Shown: piece after piece, positions 1 to 13,512 of the stretch
Layout: every line of letters starts with the position of its first letter
Numbering within the stretch: the first letter of the stretch is position 1
NCBI RefSeq assembly: GCF_018977255.1
Contig: NW_024704743.1
Location: 41,976,001-42,040,000, forward strand
Source of the DNA: Callorhinchus milii
Lineage: Eukaryota
Direction: 5' to 3'
DNA: 64,000 bases
The notes under the pieces: model-generated
Databases searched by the model: none
Told to the model about the DNA's origin: nothing
What the model saw: only the letters and a program-made list of their open reading frames with translations
Translations under genes and position numbers: made by a program

Positions 1-387
1 GTTTTCTGTCTGATGTTTAAACACATAATCCAAGCTTGCTTGCTGCTTGGCATTCCCATTCCAAAGCTCCAGGATTCCTTTACTTACAAGATAACACTAC
101 CACAGTAGAAGAATTTATTAACTTTATTTTAACAGCAAAATTGAATGAGCAATAGGTTTGGATACAACAATGTGGGAGAATTAATGACAAAACCAATACT
201 GACAAATAACTGGGCAAACAAGATCCAGGCTTGACAATGAACACAGTCTCGGCTACAGCTTCAGTGCAGTCATGGGGGAACCCTGTATTGTCAGAGCTGC
301 TAACCTTCATAAGAGACATTAAATCAAGGTCATGTCTATGCCTGTTCAAGTGGATGTGAAAGATCCCATGCCACTATTCAAAAAGAG

Positions 388-708
388 AATAATAATAATC
401 CTTGCATTTGATATAGCACTTTTCACGTCGGGAGGACGTCCCAAAGCGCTTCACAGAACACACTGTAAAGTGAATTGACTGTATATTTGTGGGCGAACGC
501 GGCAGCCAATTGCGCACAGCAATGTCCCACAAACAGTCGTAGATTGAAAATGACCAATTTATTATTGTTTTTGGTTTTGGAGGGATTATTATTAGGGTTG
601 TGTGTGGAGTAAGGAAACTTGCCAAAGGTTTCGCCCTCTGCCTGGAATTGAACTCAGGTCTCCCGTTTGCAAAGCGAGTGCTCTAACCACTGAGCTACAG
701 GACTCCAC
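388..708 (-). mobile_element. tRNA(Ala-like)-derived SINE, short subfamily, full length
   Basis: Minus strand reads GGAGTCCTGTAGCTCAGTGGTTAGAGC (box A), TTGCAA anticodon-like loop, GAGTTCAATTCC (box B), Deu-like body, L2-like stem-loop tail and (TTA)n. Confidence 0.9.
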
Positions 709-766
709 AGGATATTTTTCCCACTGTCCTGGCTGACAATCCCTCAGATCACATTGAACAATTATA

Positions 767-1064
767 TAATAATAATAATCCTTGCATTTGATATAGCGCT
801 TTTCAAGTCTTCTAGAAGTCTCAAAGTACTTCACAGAATACACTGTAAAGTGAATTGACTGTATATTTTGTGGGCGAAATGCGACAGCCAATTGCGCACA
901 GCAGTGTCCCACAAACAGTCATGGATTGAGTGAACAAATTATTATTATTATTTTTTCTTGAGGGATTATTATCAGGCATATAGAGTAAGGAAACTTGCCC
1001 AAGGTTTCACCCTCACGGAATCGAACCCATGTCTCTCGCTTGCCACTGAGCTACAGGACTCCAC
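767..1064 (-). mobile_element. tRNA-derived SINE, short subfamily, small deletion in head
   Basis: Collinear with the 388-708 copy; (TAA)n tail visible on + strand. Confidence 0.9.
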
Positions 1065-2524
1065 TGCCCTGTCCCCTATTCGTGATTATTTGTGGGACAT
1101 TGTTATGCATAAATTGTCTACAAATACATAGTCACCACACATTACAATAAAATTCTGTGAAGAGTTTTGATATGTCTTGACATTGTGATGACACTAAATC
1201 AAATGCAAGGATTATTATTATATTACTTAGAACAATAGAATTTTACAGGATTGAAAAAGGCTGTCAAGATCAATGCATCTGTGCTGGTTTCAAAAAGCTA
1301 ACAGAAATTGGATATGTTCCCTCCCCCGTGAACTTTGACCAATGGAGCTTTGCCCAGTACAGGAAAGAAAGTATTATTGGTGTGTAAAATGCAACCTATG
1401 ATGTGATTTCATATCAGCCAAAAGATCAGTCAAAGTGGTTGACAATAATTGATTGGCTGCAGTGTGTGTCCCTACCCCTGACTTCGGGACAATGATTAGG
1501 CCCGAAGTGTCATTGAACTTCATTGGAGCTGCCATTCCCCGAGAGCAACATTTGAGTTTTATTTTACTGGATTCAGTTCAACCGTTAGCCTGTGAAATAG
1601 CATCAAACACGGCAGCTTGAGAATTTGGCCAACTTTGGTCCAAACATTGCGGTGTTTCTTCTTGACTTCACAACATTATCATGACCATGACAACTCCAAT
1701 AACTGAGGCTATACAAATGTAATTTTGTTGTTGTTGTACAGGCAAGAAGCTCCACTAACAGAAGTTCAGGTGCCTTGTGGCAATTCAAATCATAATGTGA
1801 CTTAGGGATGGCAAGCCAGTAAAGTTTTTGTTTCCATGTTTGTAATTTTTTGATTGTTCCTCACGCTTTGGTAATCTCTTATCCTGTATGAATGGTGGTG
1901 TGGGAGTGCAGGCCTTCCAATAGCTTTAATCTGCTGCTCTGTGGACTCTGTTTGAAAAAGAAACTTATCAATACTGCAGGAAACAGCCAGCGGCATGCTT
2001 TCCTCTCTACAACCAAGTCAACAACAATATCCCTGAGAGGAAAGTTCCAAGTGCTTTGGAGTGGAGCATCTGAATAAATATGCAACATTTACATAACAAA
2101 GAGACTCACTAATAGTACAATTGTGTAAAAAAAAATCAAAATGTAGATCACAGAATGTACATCGAGTGCTGATATGTGACTCAGAGAGAGCTACTATATC
2201 ATTGAACAGATCTGGCAACTGGAGCTTAGTGGCAATGCAAGCAGAAAGCCTGTTTGTTTTTCTGTGAGAAGGACAGATTGTCAGACCTCTAAGAATGTGT
2301 ATAGAGCACTCCTTCCAGGCTTCAGACCCAGGTCAGTTTCTTCCAATTAAGACAAGTTGATGGACTGTGCTACGTGTGTTGGTTTTGTTTCCAAAAGGAA
2401 GTTAAAAAGCTGGCTTTATCTTGGTGCTCATGGCAGATTTACTTACTGGTGCTGATGCCAAACAACAAACGTATGGCACAGTCCTGGAACTAACATGCCA
2501 AACAAGGATCTCAGCACATCGGCG

Positions 2525-2655
2525 CTGTTGAACAGGCAGACGGGAGTTTGTTGAATGTCTCATCCGAAGGATGGCACCTCCAACAATGCAGCACACCCTC
2601 AGCATTACATTGGAGTGTCAGAACTGCGTCAGTTCAGAGTCATGATGTGGAGCTT
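2525..2655 (-). mobile_element. Old Deu-type SINE fragment
   Basis: GTCTCATCCGAAGGATGGCACCTCCAACAATGCAGCAC resembles the antisense AmnSINE/SacSINE 5' region; a similar segment lies at 36200-36330. Confidence 0.55.
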
Positions 2656-2934
2656 ATCATTGCTGTACCCCATCATTCTCTCTCCATTCCTCTGTTGTCA
2701 TTGCAATTCTTTTCTCTCAGAACTGCACCTATTACAGTTACTCATTTACTTTTTCCTCAGAAGCAGTAGTGTCACAGTCTTTCCAAGTGGCACTCAGACA
2801 TTAAGGTTGTGTTTTAAGTAGTCCTTAAACAGTTCTTCACAACAAATTGATAGAATTATTTTAGATAAAAATGTTCTGAATTTAGATTTTAAATTTGAGC
2901 TCATTTTGATTCAAATCAAGTGGATACTGGGTCA

Positions 2935-3215
2935 AGGCATCAGTCGGTGCAGCACTTGGCCATAAGGACTCGGGAATCACCAGTCTGTGTTTAGTAACTG
3001 ATCTCAACCTTGGCAGCACTTGGGGATTCACAATTACTTGGTGTCTCAGGTTTAGGGAGGGGAAAATCAACCAGGATTCCTGCTATGACTTGTCAGAGAC
3101 TCCTACTAGAGACATCTTGGCTCAGTTGCTCTTTGTACTACAGTGGAGCCTTATAACTTGGTGTATCACATATAAGGATTATTGCTGATCATGGCCACTT
3201 ATGGGAATTACCAGT
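2935..3215 (+). mobile_element. Ancient SINE-like repeat remnant (family not named)
   Basis: GGGAGGGGAAAATCAACCAGGATTCCTGCT motif; related antisense remnants at ~13280-13350 and ~41090-41170. Confidence 0.4.
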
Positions 3216-3929
3216 ATAAATAATAGTAACCTTACATTTGATATAGTGCCTCATCACATTGTTAAGATGTCTCAAAGCACTTCACAGAATATACAGTAAA
3301 GTGAATTGACTGTGTATTTTGTGGCTAGTTGAAGGAATAGGAAGTCAAATGCCACCAGGAGAGGAGGAGACAAAGAGGGTTGAACATTGGAGATGACAAA
3401 TTGACAAAAGTTTGAAAGTCTATTGATAAAAATGCTTTTAAATAGGGAAACATTCCAGCAGTTTGTGTATAACAGTAAGAAATATCTCTGTATTACTGTC
3501 CACCTACATCAGTCACTGTACTTTAGTACTGGCTGATATCGAAATCAATCAGTGAAAAGTACAGTTGAGTTTCTCCCATAATGTACCATTGACTAAAAAC
3601 ATTCAATTTGAGCACAAGATATATAACAATAATCAATAGATATGATGAAATGTAAACAAGCTGAATTTCCTGTTTCTTAAATTGATCATAAAATTGTTAA
3701 TAATAAATCTTGCGTTCGATACAGTGAATTCCATGTCAGAAGGACATCTCAAAGTGCTTCACAGGATATACTGTAAAACATAGAGATTTATTTGTAGGCA
3801 AACACAGCCTACTTGCACACAGTCTATTTGCGTACAATAGTGTTCCACAGACAGACATGAAATTAAATTTAACAAACTTAAAGAAACACTATTGAAATTG
3901 TCCAAATAACTGATGTTTAACATATAAAT

Positions 3930-4625
3930 CTACAGAACAGGAGGAGGCCATTCGGCCCATCAAGTATGGACTGGTTCATTGAGCAAGGATATTGCTTCAA
4001 TCTCATCACCCCACCTCATCCCCAACCCTTTCCAAATAGCACTCTTTTACATGCCTGTCTATTTCCCTCTTGAAAGCTACAATGGACTTTGGCTCCATCA
4101 CCCTACTCAGCAGTACAATCCATACCCCAACCACTCTCTGGGTGAAAAAAAATCTCCTAAGTTCCCCTTTAACTTCTCTTGCAGTTATCTTATATATATA
4201 TATGTATGCTTCTGACTCCCAACAAGTGGAAATAACTTATCTCCATTTACTCTAATAAAACCCCTCATGATTTTGTACATCTCAATCAGGTTCCTCTGAC
4301 AACCTTCTCCAAGGAAAATGGGCCCAAATTCTCCACCTTTCCTTATAATTGTAGCCCTGGAATCATTCTTGTAAACCTCATCTGCACCCTCTCCAATGCC
4401 TTAATATCCTCCAAAACTGAATGCAACACTCCAGTTGCAGCCTAAACAATGATTTATACAAACTTAGCATGACTTCTTTACTGTTATACTCTATGCCTCT
4501 GTGTATGAAACTCAGCATATTACTGGCCTTCTTTATAGCCCTTGTCACTTGCATTGCCACTTTCAATGGCCTATGTACCTGCAATCCCAACTCCCTTTGT
4601 TCCTCTGCTCCTTTCTTCTCAGTGC
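3930..4625 (-). mobile_element. CR1 LINE 3' fragment (ORF2 C-terminus and 3' UTR)
   Basis: ORF 4378..4644: ...RELGLQVH...KKASNMLSFIHRGIEYNSKEVMLSLYKSLFRLQLECCIQFW; 3' end motif GGAGGCCATTCGGCCCATCAAG. Confidence 0.9.
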
Positions 4626-7600
4626 TGTATGCAAAACATTTCAATAATTAAAGTGTTAACAAAACCTAAGTACTCAATAAGCAGTCAATTTGAAAGAGGA
4701 TTATTTCACACTGTTAATGATTCAATTTCAGTTTATAAATTAAAATATTCCATTAATTCAGCTGTGGAGTGCAATACTCTGAATGAAAATGTCACAACGA
4801 TAACCGCAAAGGAAAATATTTGGACAAGTGCTTCAAATCCTTGTAGACGCTCACCTTTCGATCAATTTTCTCAGCTGCAGAAAATTGCACAAGTGCATCC
4901 TTAATGGCCTTCAACAAAGCCTAACTAAGTATAACTAGTATTTCCTTCCCTTTTGCAAACTATGTTTACCCCATGTTACTCACATCTATATTTTTGTTGA
5001 TTTTAAGCAAACAGGCATTATAGCCTCCAGTTTTTTTTCAACATGACTGAAAGATTTGTCCTTATTAAAGTATTTAATGGGCCCCTTCACTCTGCACCAA
5101 AACGGTTATAATTCTAATTTCAGAAGAGCAGTCCAACAGAGCCAGTATCAGGCTCAGTTTATTGGATACTTTACCATTCATTCTTGTTAAGTTAAGGGCA
5201 GGTCTGTGCTGTTGCAATTCACTCATTCAGAACTGTTTTAAAGCAAAGGTATTTTATATAGGACCCTGAGAGTCAGTGGAGAGGGAACATTTTAGCTCAC
5301 CAATAACAATAGCAAATTACATTTGTATTGTGCCTTTCATGTCAGGAGAACGTCCCAAGGGGCTGAAATCTGGATTGGATTCTATCCCAGGCCCCAAAGG
5401 TAAAATGCCAGCCTTCTAACCCACTGCTCTACCCAAATGTGCATTTCACATAGGAAACTTGTGAGATTTGACATATAGTTTGCACTTTGTCAGGAACGAT
5501 TTTCTGTTACAAGATGTGTACATTAAGGAACACTTCCTCATGAAACTGTTTAATTCTTTGTAAACAATACTGACTGATCTCCAGCATTAACCATGACAAA
5601 AATTAATTCAGTGGCATGCATCGACTGTTGGATAGCTTAAGATTCAAGCTTAGACTTATGATGAACTACCCTGTGCTTTCATTATCCGTCTATTAATATA
5701 GCCCTTTGAGTTCATTATTGTTTAATTGCTTACATAGATTCCAGGCTATGTATTGCTGTACAGATTGTTTGCCTTATTTTGACATGCTGTTCAGTCTTTG
5801 ATTTTGATACGCATTATAAATAATAGTGAGCAGGGACTCTGTTTGTCTTTACCAGAAGTGCAGGATTAAACAAAGCAGAAAGGTACCAGATGCCAGCCAC
5901 ACATGTGACACCTCATTTAAGCATCCTTTCCTGTTACTGATGGCAGGGTGAGATGGAATACTAACAGAGAGCATCTTTCCGAATATTTCTTTAATAACCT
6001 GCAAGAATATCTGAAATCTATCAAATTTACTGCCTGTCACATCTGCAAAAGGTGAAGAGTACTGGATGGAATATATGCAAGCAAAACAGAATTCAATATA
6101 AGGTCACTGATGAAATTTCAAAGAGATTTAGAGCATTATGCCGTATCTAGGTTATTTCCTGGTGGATTTATGGCTCATTTTATTCCACTGGGCTGCCTGT
6201 AAATCACCTATAAAATGCACGCCTACAGGGAAAGAAACATGACAGTAATTTAGTTCGCTATTTGAATATTCGAAGCTCAGGTGTTTCAGAAAGTGTAGGG
6301 TTCAGTATCGGACCACTGCAAACCAAAACCACCTGGTGAAAGAAATTGCACTGTGGATAATAAATTAAATATAATCAGAGGGCACGTTCATGAACAGGTG
6401 GAGTTTGAAATGGAGCAAAATTCCTTTGTCACTCCACAAATTAACAAATGCATTTAAAAAGAGGAGGAAAAAAAGGATTTATTTTTATCATCAGAATTTC
6501 TCACAGGGTAAAATCAAGTCTGGTAAAATCAAGAGCCGTGATCGTTATGCATTATATTGACAGTATTAATTGGGTTGTCACAGCCATTGGCTATTCCAAT
6601 GCACTACATCAAGGTGCAGTACAATAACAACTACAACTTGTTTTTATTTAGCGCCTCCTTACGCACAGTAGCGACTCAGAGGGTTGCGAGTTTCCGCCCG
6701 TGATCACAATTCCAAGTGTGCTGCCTTTCTCTGTCAATGTATTGTGGCAAGCTGGCCATAGGAGGCAGAGGGGAAGCTGGGTTAGTGAATCACCCCCAAC
6801 AAAATGCTCGATAACATGAGAAGGGACCTGATAACAGATTTGCTGCAGAAGACTGTCATGACGTCACTCTGAGCTGCATTCACAGCCAAAGGTCAACAGG
6901 TTAAATAAGGAAGAAAATGTATATATTTAAAATAAAAGATCTTACATTTTATACACTTCATGAAGAAATGTTCAAAGTACTTTGCGAGTAATTACTGTCA
7001 ATTACATTGACTGTATTAATAGGCAAATGTGGCTTCTATTTGCATCAATAAAGTCACACATACAGACACTAGATGAATGAAGGGAAATAATGAGAAACGT
7101 GTGGTTTTGGTGCTGTCTTTATTTTTCACCAGTTTAGCATAACAGCTTACAGTCCTTGCCTATTCAGCACAGAAATAAAAGATTCCAGTGCTGACATTGT
7201 TACAACTGTTTTTTATATAAACAAGCAGTTATTCTTTATTCTTCAATAAAAGGTCTGCTGGTAGCTTCAGAATCTCCAGACCACAATGATGCCCGTCAGT
7301 AGTGATGGAAAGAAAACAATTGTGAATGGTACTTAAACCCACAGAACCAAATAGAACAAAGCAAACAGCAATGAATGCTCACTGGAAGAAAATAAAATGG
7401 GAGAACTGCATTCTATGGCAATTTTCTTGAAGTGCAACACATTCTTCATGATTAGAAGATATTCACTGCTTGAATTTCTCCAAACAGTTAAAGTCCGCTA
7501 CAGCTTTATAGCAGATACTTGTTATCTCTTTGCATAATACACCTTGGATGTACGTCAACTGTGGGTTAGCTTGTAAACCTGCAGTAATGGTATCAGAAGC

Positions 7601-7699
7601 ACCTTCAGAACCTTGTTGTGAATGTCAGACTCCACTCCTGTCAGCTATCAGTTTATCACCAAAATGTTCAAGGGACTGGAAGTCACAAACTAGAGCCCA

Positions 7700-7965
7700 A
7701 GAGGAGACTGAGTGTGTGACAAGAGTGGGTTAGCACACTGCCCTTTCACCTCTGGGTTGTGGCTGTAAATGTAGCTCAGACTGATAGCATGAAAGTCTGC
7801 TGTCCCAAATAACTATATCAGTATAACCTTTTCTTGTCAACTGATGCTATTACAACATTGGTCTAATTTTGTAATCCTACAAGACAAAATCTTTATTTAT
7901 CTATTGATGGAAAATCACCTGTCGAAAGACTGGAATATTGCCAGTTTGTGATGGAGAAATCAAAA
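7700..7965 (+). mobile_element. LF-SINE-like ancient SINE remnant
   Basis: GCCCTTTCACCTCTGGG...CAGACTGATAGCATGAAAGTC resembles the LF-SINE head as I recall it; the rest is degraded. Confidence 0.4.
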
Positions 7966-10909
7966 AACATTGTGGTTTGATATAATCTAATTATTTGTTC
8001 ACTTGACTTTTTAACTGATGTTGAAAAAGGTACAATTGACAGCTGGTTCTCAGAGGGTAATCTGAGTTTGTTTGATGACTCTTTTGAACAAGAAACACAC
8101 TACAAACCTGCCAAGTCCCAATGTGTAGAACCATTTTGTATTAAAATTTATTGTGTGGAATTGTGACAAATTCTTAAGTCGAGTCTTGCTTTGGAAGCTG
8201 GTTTTATTTTATGAAATGTGGAAAACTGGCTTCCAAATAAGAAATGAATTTAAGATTTTTCCCAGCTCTATCCATTCTTAAATTTTAAGGTGAAAGGCTA
8301 AGACAAGATTGAATTTCTTTGTTGCAGTCTCAAACTAGTTGCTGTGATACTACTACTGTTGCAACATGCAAATCGGGCACAAATAATTCAATCTTTCACT
8401 GGCACTAAACCTTTATAGTTGGTATTGAATTTTAACCTTTTGAAACATAAAATGTTAGACTGTGCTGACCAATTGCCGTTTAAACAAACAAATGGAGCCA
8501 AGAGTACAAACAGATATCATCCAGCTGAATGGAATCAAGAGTGGAGTTGCTATTGTCTTATTCTGTGTGTAGTTTTATGCAGGTGAAGGGTCTAAATTAT
8601 TCCAGTATTTAATTTACAGCTGTATAATGCAGAAACAACTCAGAGTGTTTTGCATGGTAAGGTACTTTAAAGTGATGTGGCTATTAACATATAGAACAAC
8701 CTAATATGTGACAGCAAAGTCTCTCAAACAGCAATGAGATAAATGAACAATTAACGTGTCACTTGGATGAGGGAGGAATATTGGGCCGGAGACTGGGAGA
8801 ACTGCCTGCTCTTTTTTAAAATAGTGCCATAGATCTTTAATAATCTGTAATTTGTATCCTCTACATTAATTTCACAATTTCCCTCAACTCTAACTTCAGA
8901 TGTGTACCCCTATTACATTTGTAGTGTTTTTTTTCACTTTTTTCCACAGAGTCTTCCAATTTAATACTGATCGCTGTGGAATTATAAGCAGTTTTGTAAT
9001 GTGGCTTTACAGTAATTGGGAAATGGTTTGAATTTATCCAAACTGATCATGACAAGGATACAAGATTGATTTGGTCAAAAAAGGCCTTTCAACCCTTCAT
9101 GTGTTTAAACATAAAACCATTCAAACTCTGCAACATTTAATGACTAAAATGATTACAATTTAGTAAAATTTTTAGCCAAATGGAAATATTAACAAACGAA
9201 AGCAACAGCAGCTTATAATTTCATAATACCATGCACATCTCTGAAACCACGCAGAGCTACATCAGTTTAAAAAGCCTGAGTCTTGTGCATCTATAGATTC
9301 CCCTGACGTTGTACATATTAAACTAGTTGTATCAGTAATGATGACCTTGAGTTAGCTTGTGTGTGTCTGTGTAAGTCTTCACAATGGGCATGATATATGG
9401 ATACATAAGTTGTAGATGCACATCACCAAGCTTTTGAACGGTAGGTTAATAATTAAAAGAATTTAAAAGACTGGGTATGGTACATTAACATTCTAATCTT
9501 TAATACCTCAGTGGTTTGGTGCCCCTAGTTGTCATTTCTTATTGCTTGATGAAGAGGCCCCACTAGTGTTAAAGTGACAACCTCATTACAGTGCACAAAA
9601 AGTGCTTGATCTGCTCACTTTGAATACTGTGGGCTGGTTGAAAGAGTAGTCTGCTGGCTGACCTGATAGCTTACCTTGTTATTCTCTGAGGACTCTGGTT
9701 TCTTTTCCTGCCGTGCACCATTTGGATGCTTCGAGACAATGTTTAATCAGTTAGTATTCACATTGGGCATAACAGTTATTGAAGAACATAATGCTGATTA
9801 TGATGTTCCTTTTTTGCAGTGAAAAATAACTAATCAGTTAATAATCTATTGGACAGCAATGTGTTCTTTGCAACATCACTGTGCTGCTGAATGCAGGTCT
9901 GAATGTAAAGTTAAATGCCTAAAAAATGTTGACACATTGAAAGGACTTAAATTGCATGCCTTTGTTGTACTGTTAGCTGAGAAATATCTTTTCACCTGGA
10001 CGCTGGTTTTTATTTAAAAAAATAAATCCAAAATAAACTATGGATGGCTTTTTTATTTACCCTGTCACTTGTGGAACCACTTGTGCTTATTGTCCTCCCT
10101 CGCATTGCCTGCATGCCTGCCTTTTCTTATTGCTTTTCTGAGATGTCTGTCTGGACAGTAAATTGAGGAGAAATTTGGCTTTTTACTGAGAACAATGAGC
10201 ATCCTCACCTAGCGAAGGTTAGGGAGTTGAAACTGATAGTTTATCCTGATGGACATGACAAAACCTGATTGGAATGTAAGGTGACAGACAGATGCAGAAA
10301 GTGGTTCAATACAGTTGTAATATACTCATATTTGTTGTGAATAGATCTTTTTAAAGAAACCTTCACCAAGTCAACATAAATCCATTGAAAGTGGCATTAT
10401 CCCTTTTGGGTGGTCGGCAGGCTCTAATCTTCTCACTTTACGTATGATTGGTGCTATTCATTATTCCATTGTGATAACTATATCTTCTCTGGATTTAATC
10501 TCTTCATGCTGTCCTTTTACACCACACATTGCTTGATTTGCAGCAATGCTCAGAGACATGTTCCTTGTTACTAGGCAGCCTTGTGTGTGTGCTATATGCA
10601 TTATTCAATACTGTAGCAATTGAAATTTGGCATTGTATACAGTTTGGCTTGATATCAAATACAGGGGCATACCCAGGATGTTAGGAAGATCAAGGAAATG
10701 TTATTGAAGTGGTATAAGTTATTATTAATAAAAATAATCCTTACATTTTGGTACACACCTTTCATGTCGGGAAGATGTTCCAAAGTGCTTCACAGGATAC
10801 ACTGTAAATATGCAGAAGGGTATAACTCGTTAAAGGGCCATTAAATAAAATGTTTTCTGTATGCTGTGATGGACATAAACATTATTGTCAACATTAATGG
10901 CTGATCACA

Positions 10910-12150
10910 ACGTCACAAGAATGCTCTGGACGAAAAAGGCCCATTGGATCTCATCCTTCTAGAACACCCACCTTGCTGTCCTCGATCACTGCATCAAGAT
11001 ACTTTTTAAATGAGTCTAGTGTCTTGCCTGGCAACCTGTTCCAGTTATTGATTACCCTCTGTGTAAAGAAACACTTCTTGGTGTCTGTCCTAAAATTGCC
11101 CTTTACAACTCTAAACCTATGTTTTCTTGTTCTAGTGTCATGAGACATCGTAAAATAATGATCTGGGTTTAATTGTTCAATCCCATTTAAAATTTTGTAT
11201 ATCTCTATGAGGCCCCATCTGGGTCATCATCTCTCAAGATGGAAGAGCCTTAGATGGTCTGGTCGTTGTTCATAGCTCATTCCTCTAAGACTGGGGATCA
11301 TCCTCATTGTCCCCTCTGCACCTGGACAGCCCCCTTATGTTGTGATGACCAAAACTATATGCAGTATTCAAAGTACGATTTGACCAGCATACTGTACTTT
11401 CTGAGAATGATGTCTGGGGATTTAAGCTCAACTGATTTAGCAATACAGCCCAACATCCCGTTTGCTTTGTTTCTTGTTGTCTCACATTGTTTTGAATAGT
11501 GGGTAATGACTGAGTTATCACACGTCCCTAGATCTCTTTCAGCTTCCCCCATGGCAAGTTCACTCCCATTGACTGAGTACTTGTGTTTCCTATTCTTGGA
11601 TCTCATATTTAGTACTGTGCATTTATCAGAATTAAACTTATTTTGCCAGGTCTCAGCCCATGTGCATACCCTATTAAATTCTCTTTTTAGTACATTTGCT
11701 GCTTTCTCTGATTCCACAGTTCCTCCCAGTTTGGTGTCATCTGCAAAGTTAACTACCTTACACTGGGTCTGCAAATCCAGATCATTAATATATTACAAAA
11801 GAGCTGCCGGGTTTCCATTATAGATCTCTGACACACCCTACTTAATTTCGACCTTGCTCTCCTAACAAAGACCCTGTTTCCTTCCTATTCTGAATCGACA
11901 TCTATGTCTTGCTCAGTGATTGCAGTTTGTGAAGGAGTACTTCATGTGATACTTTGTCGAACACCTTTTGGAAGACGAGATATACTATATCATATGGCTT
12001 CCCACAGTCAGTTTGGGCTGTCACCTCCTCAAAATTATCTATCTGAACCATTGTGGCTGTCAATTATCAGGCTAATGCATCTAAAATTGCCAGATTAAAT
12101 TTTGTTGCCCTTGCTAATAATGTGTGTTGTATTTGTGACTGTTCCACTGC
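10910..12150 (-). mobile_element. CR1 LINE fragment (RT domain to 3' end), degenerate
   Basis: FADDTKLGG...WAETWQNKFNSDKC...ERDLG and TRKHRFRV...CFFTQRVINNWNRLP. Confidence 0.92.
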
Positions 12151-13512
12151 GATCAATTTTTTTGTCATATCTTTCCATGTGAAAAAAACATGTGAACCCT
12201 GCAATTGAAAGAAACTGCAGAAATAGTCAATTATAAAATCTAAGTTTACCCATAACGAGGTGAAGGGACGTTAAATTTTACCAAGTGTTGTTGAATCTCC
12301 TGAAATCAGATAATTCTGAGCTGTCAGTTCAGATCAGTGCCCCTTCCTCCCTAATATTTATATCACAGAAATGACAAAGACTACCAGAACTTCTGGTATA
12401 ACTTTACACTTGTACTTTCGCTTTGAAGTGTCAAAAAGCACATTCTGAAAAACGAGCAGTTTGGCACTGCTGTTAGATGTGATTTCAAAGCTACTGTCAC
12501 TCTATTAGTCCTTTACAAATTACAGTTTTTTTCTGTTAAAAAACAGGATACGATGATTGTACTCAAGAGGCTCATCATAGTATTGTGTGTTAACATTTGC
12601 TGTGAAATTAGGAGTGTCTTTGTGGTATTTGATCTTTTAGAGATGGTGTCATGATGCCATTTTCTTCACACTGGCATTAAAAGTGCAATGTTACGCTACT
12701 GGTGACAGCTTGACCTCCACTCTACCAATTTTATAGCTCATTTATATTACAGAGCTGGCTGCGGCAGAGCAGATTCACTGACATGTGAGTGCTGATCTCC
12801 TCACTACCAGGTTATTTATCTTTATGTGTCCCGGTGTACTTACCTCTACTAAAACCCTCGCTACCATTTGTAACAAGGAGAAGAAATAAAAAATATTTAC
12901 TTTCAAGATATGAAGTAAATGCACATTTCTGTCTACAGTGGTCACAACTGCATTTGATTAACATGAACCACAATAAGAGAATACTTTTGCAGAAATGTAA
13001 GTTTCTCTCTCTTGTTTTCTTCCCCTCTCAAGATGTTTGATAGGGGGTGGGAATGACATGTGTGATACAATAATTAGCACCATTGATGATTATCATATCA
13101 TCCTATGGTTCTACAGACAACATCAGACTTCTGCTACTTTGTCTAATTCCCAATCTTATAGTGTTAATCTAGAGAGTGAGTGCTAGAAAGTGTTTCAAAG
13201 GTAATATAGTGAAGTCTAGATGTCTGACACTCTCTAGCAGGTATTATTAGATAGCAATCAAGAGTTGGAATGTGGATCGATTGTTTTTTTTCCTCCCAGG
13301 CTCAAGAATTGCTCAGGCCAATTGCAGCACCTCTATCACTGTCTGGAACAACTGGTAGCTCTGCTTAGATAGGAAGTAACCTGAAATTGTTCTGATCCAT
13401 AATGCTGAGAACATATTTAGCGCACTTAACCATTGGACCATTGAAAGTAGTTCCTTATCTCAAACTGCAGTAAAGCCCCTGTTTACCGGACTCTGGGTAT
13501 CCAGAATTCAAA

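Larger units (their letters stand above)
265..1220 (+). mobile_element. Old Deu-domain (AmnSINE1/SacSINE1-like) SINE split by two younger SINE insertions
   Basis: Deu-like motif GTGGATGTGAAAGATCCCATGCCACTATTC (~350-380). Continues as CTGTCCTGGCTGACAATCCCTCA (~724-746), then TTTGTGGGACATTG...AAATGCAAGGATTATTATTA (1089-1220). Confidence 0.7.

Noticed and set aside
1802..2088. Overlapping ORFs, including a QIKAIG peptide like the IL-10-family last exon
   Set aside because: No EL after KAIG, wrong phase at the acceptor, and far from the cytokine-like cluster.
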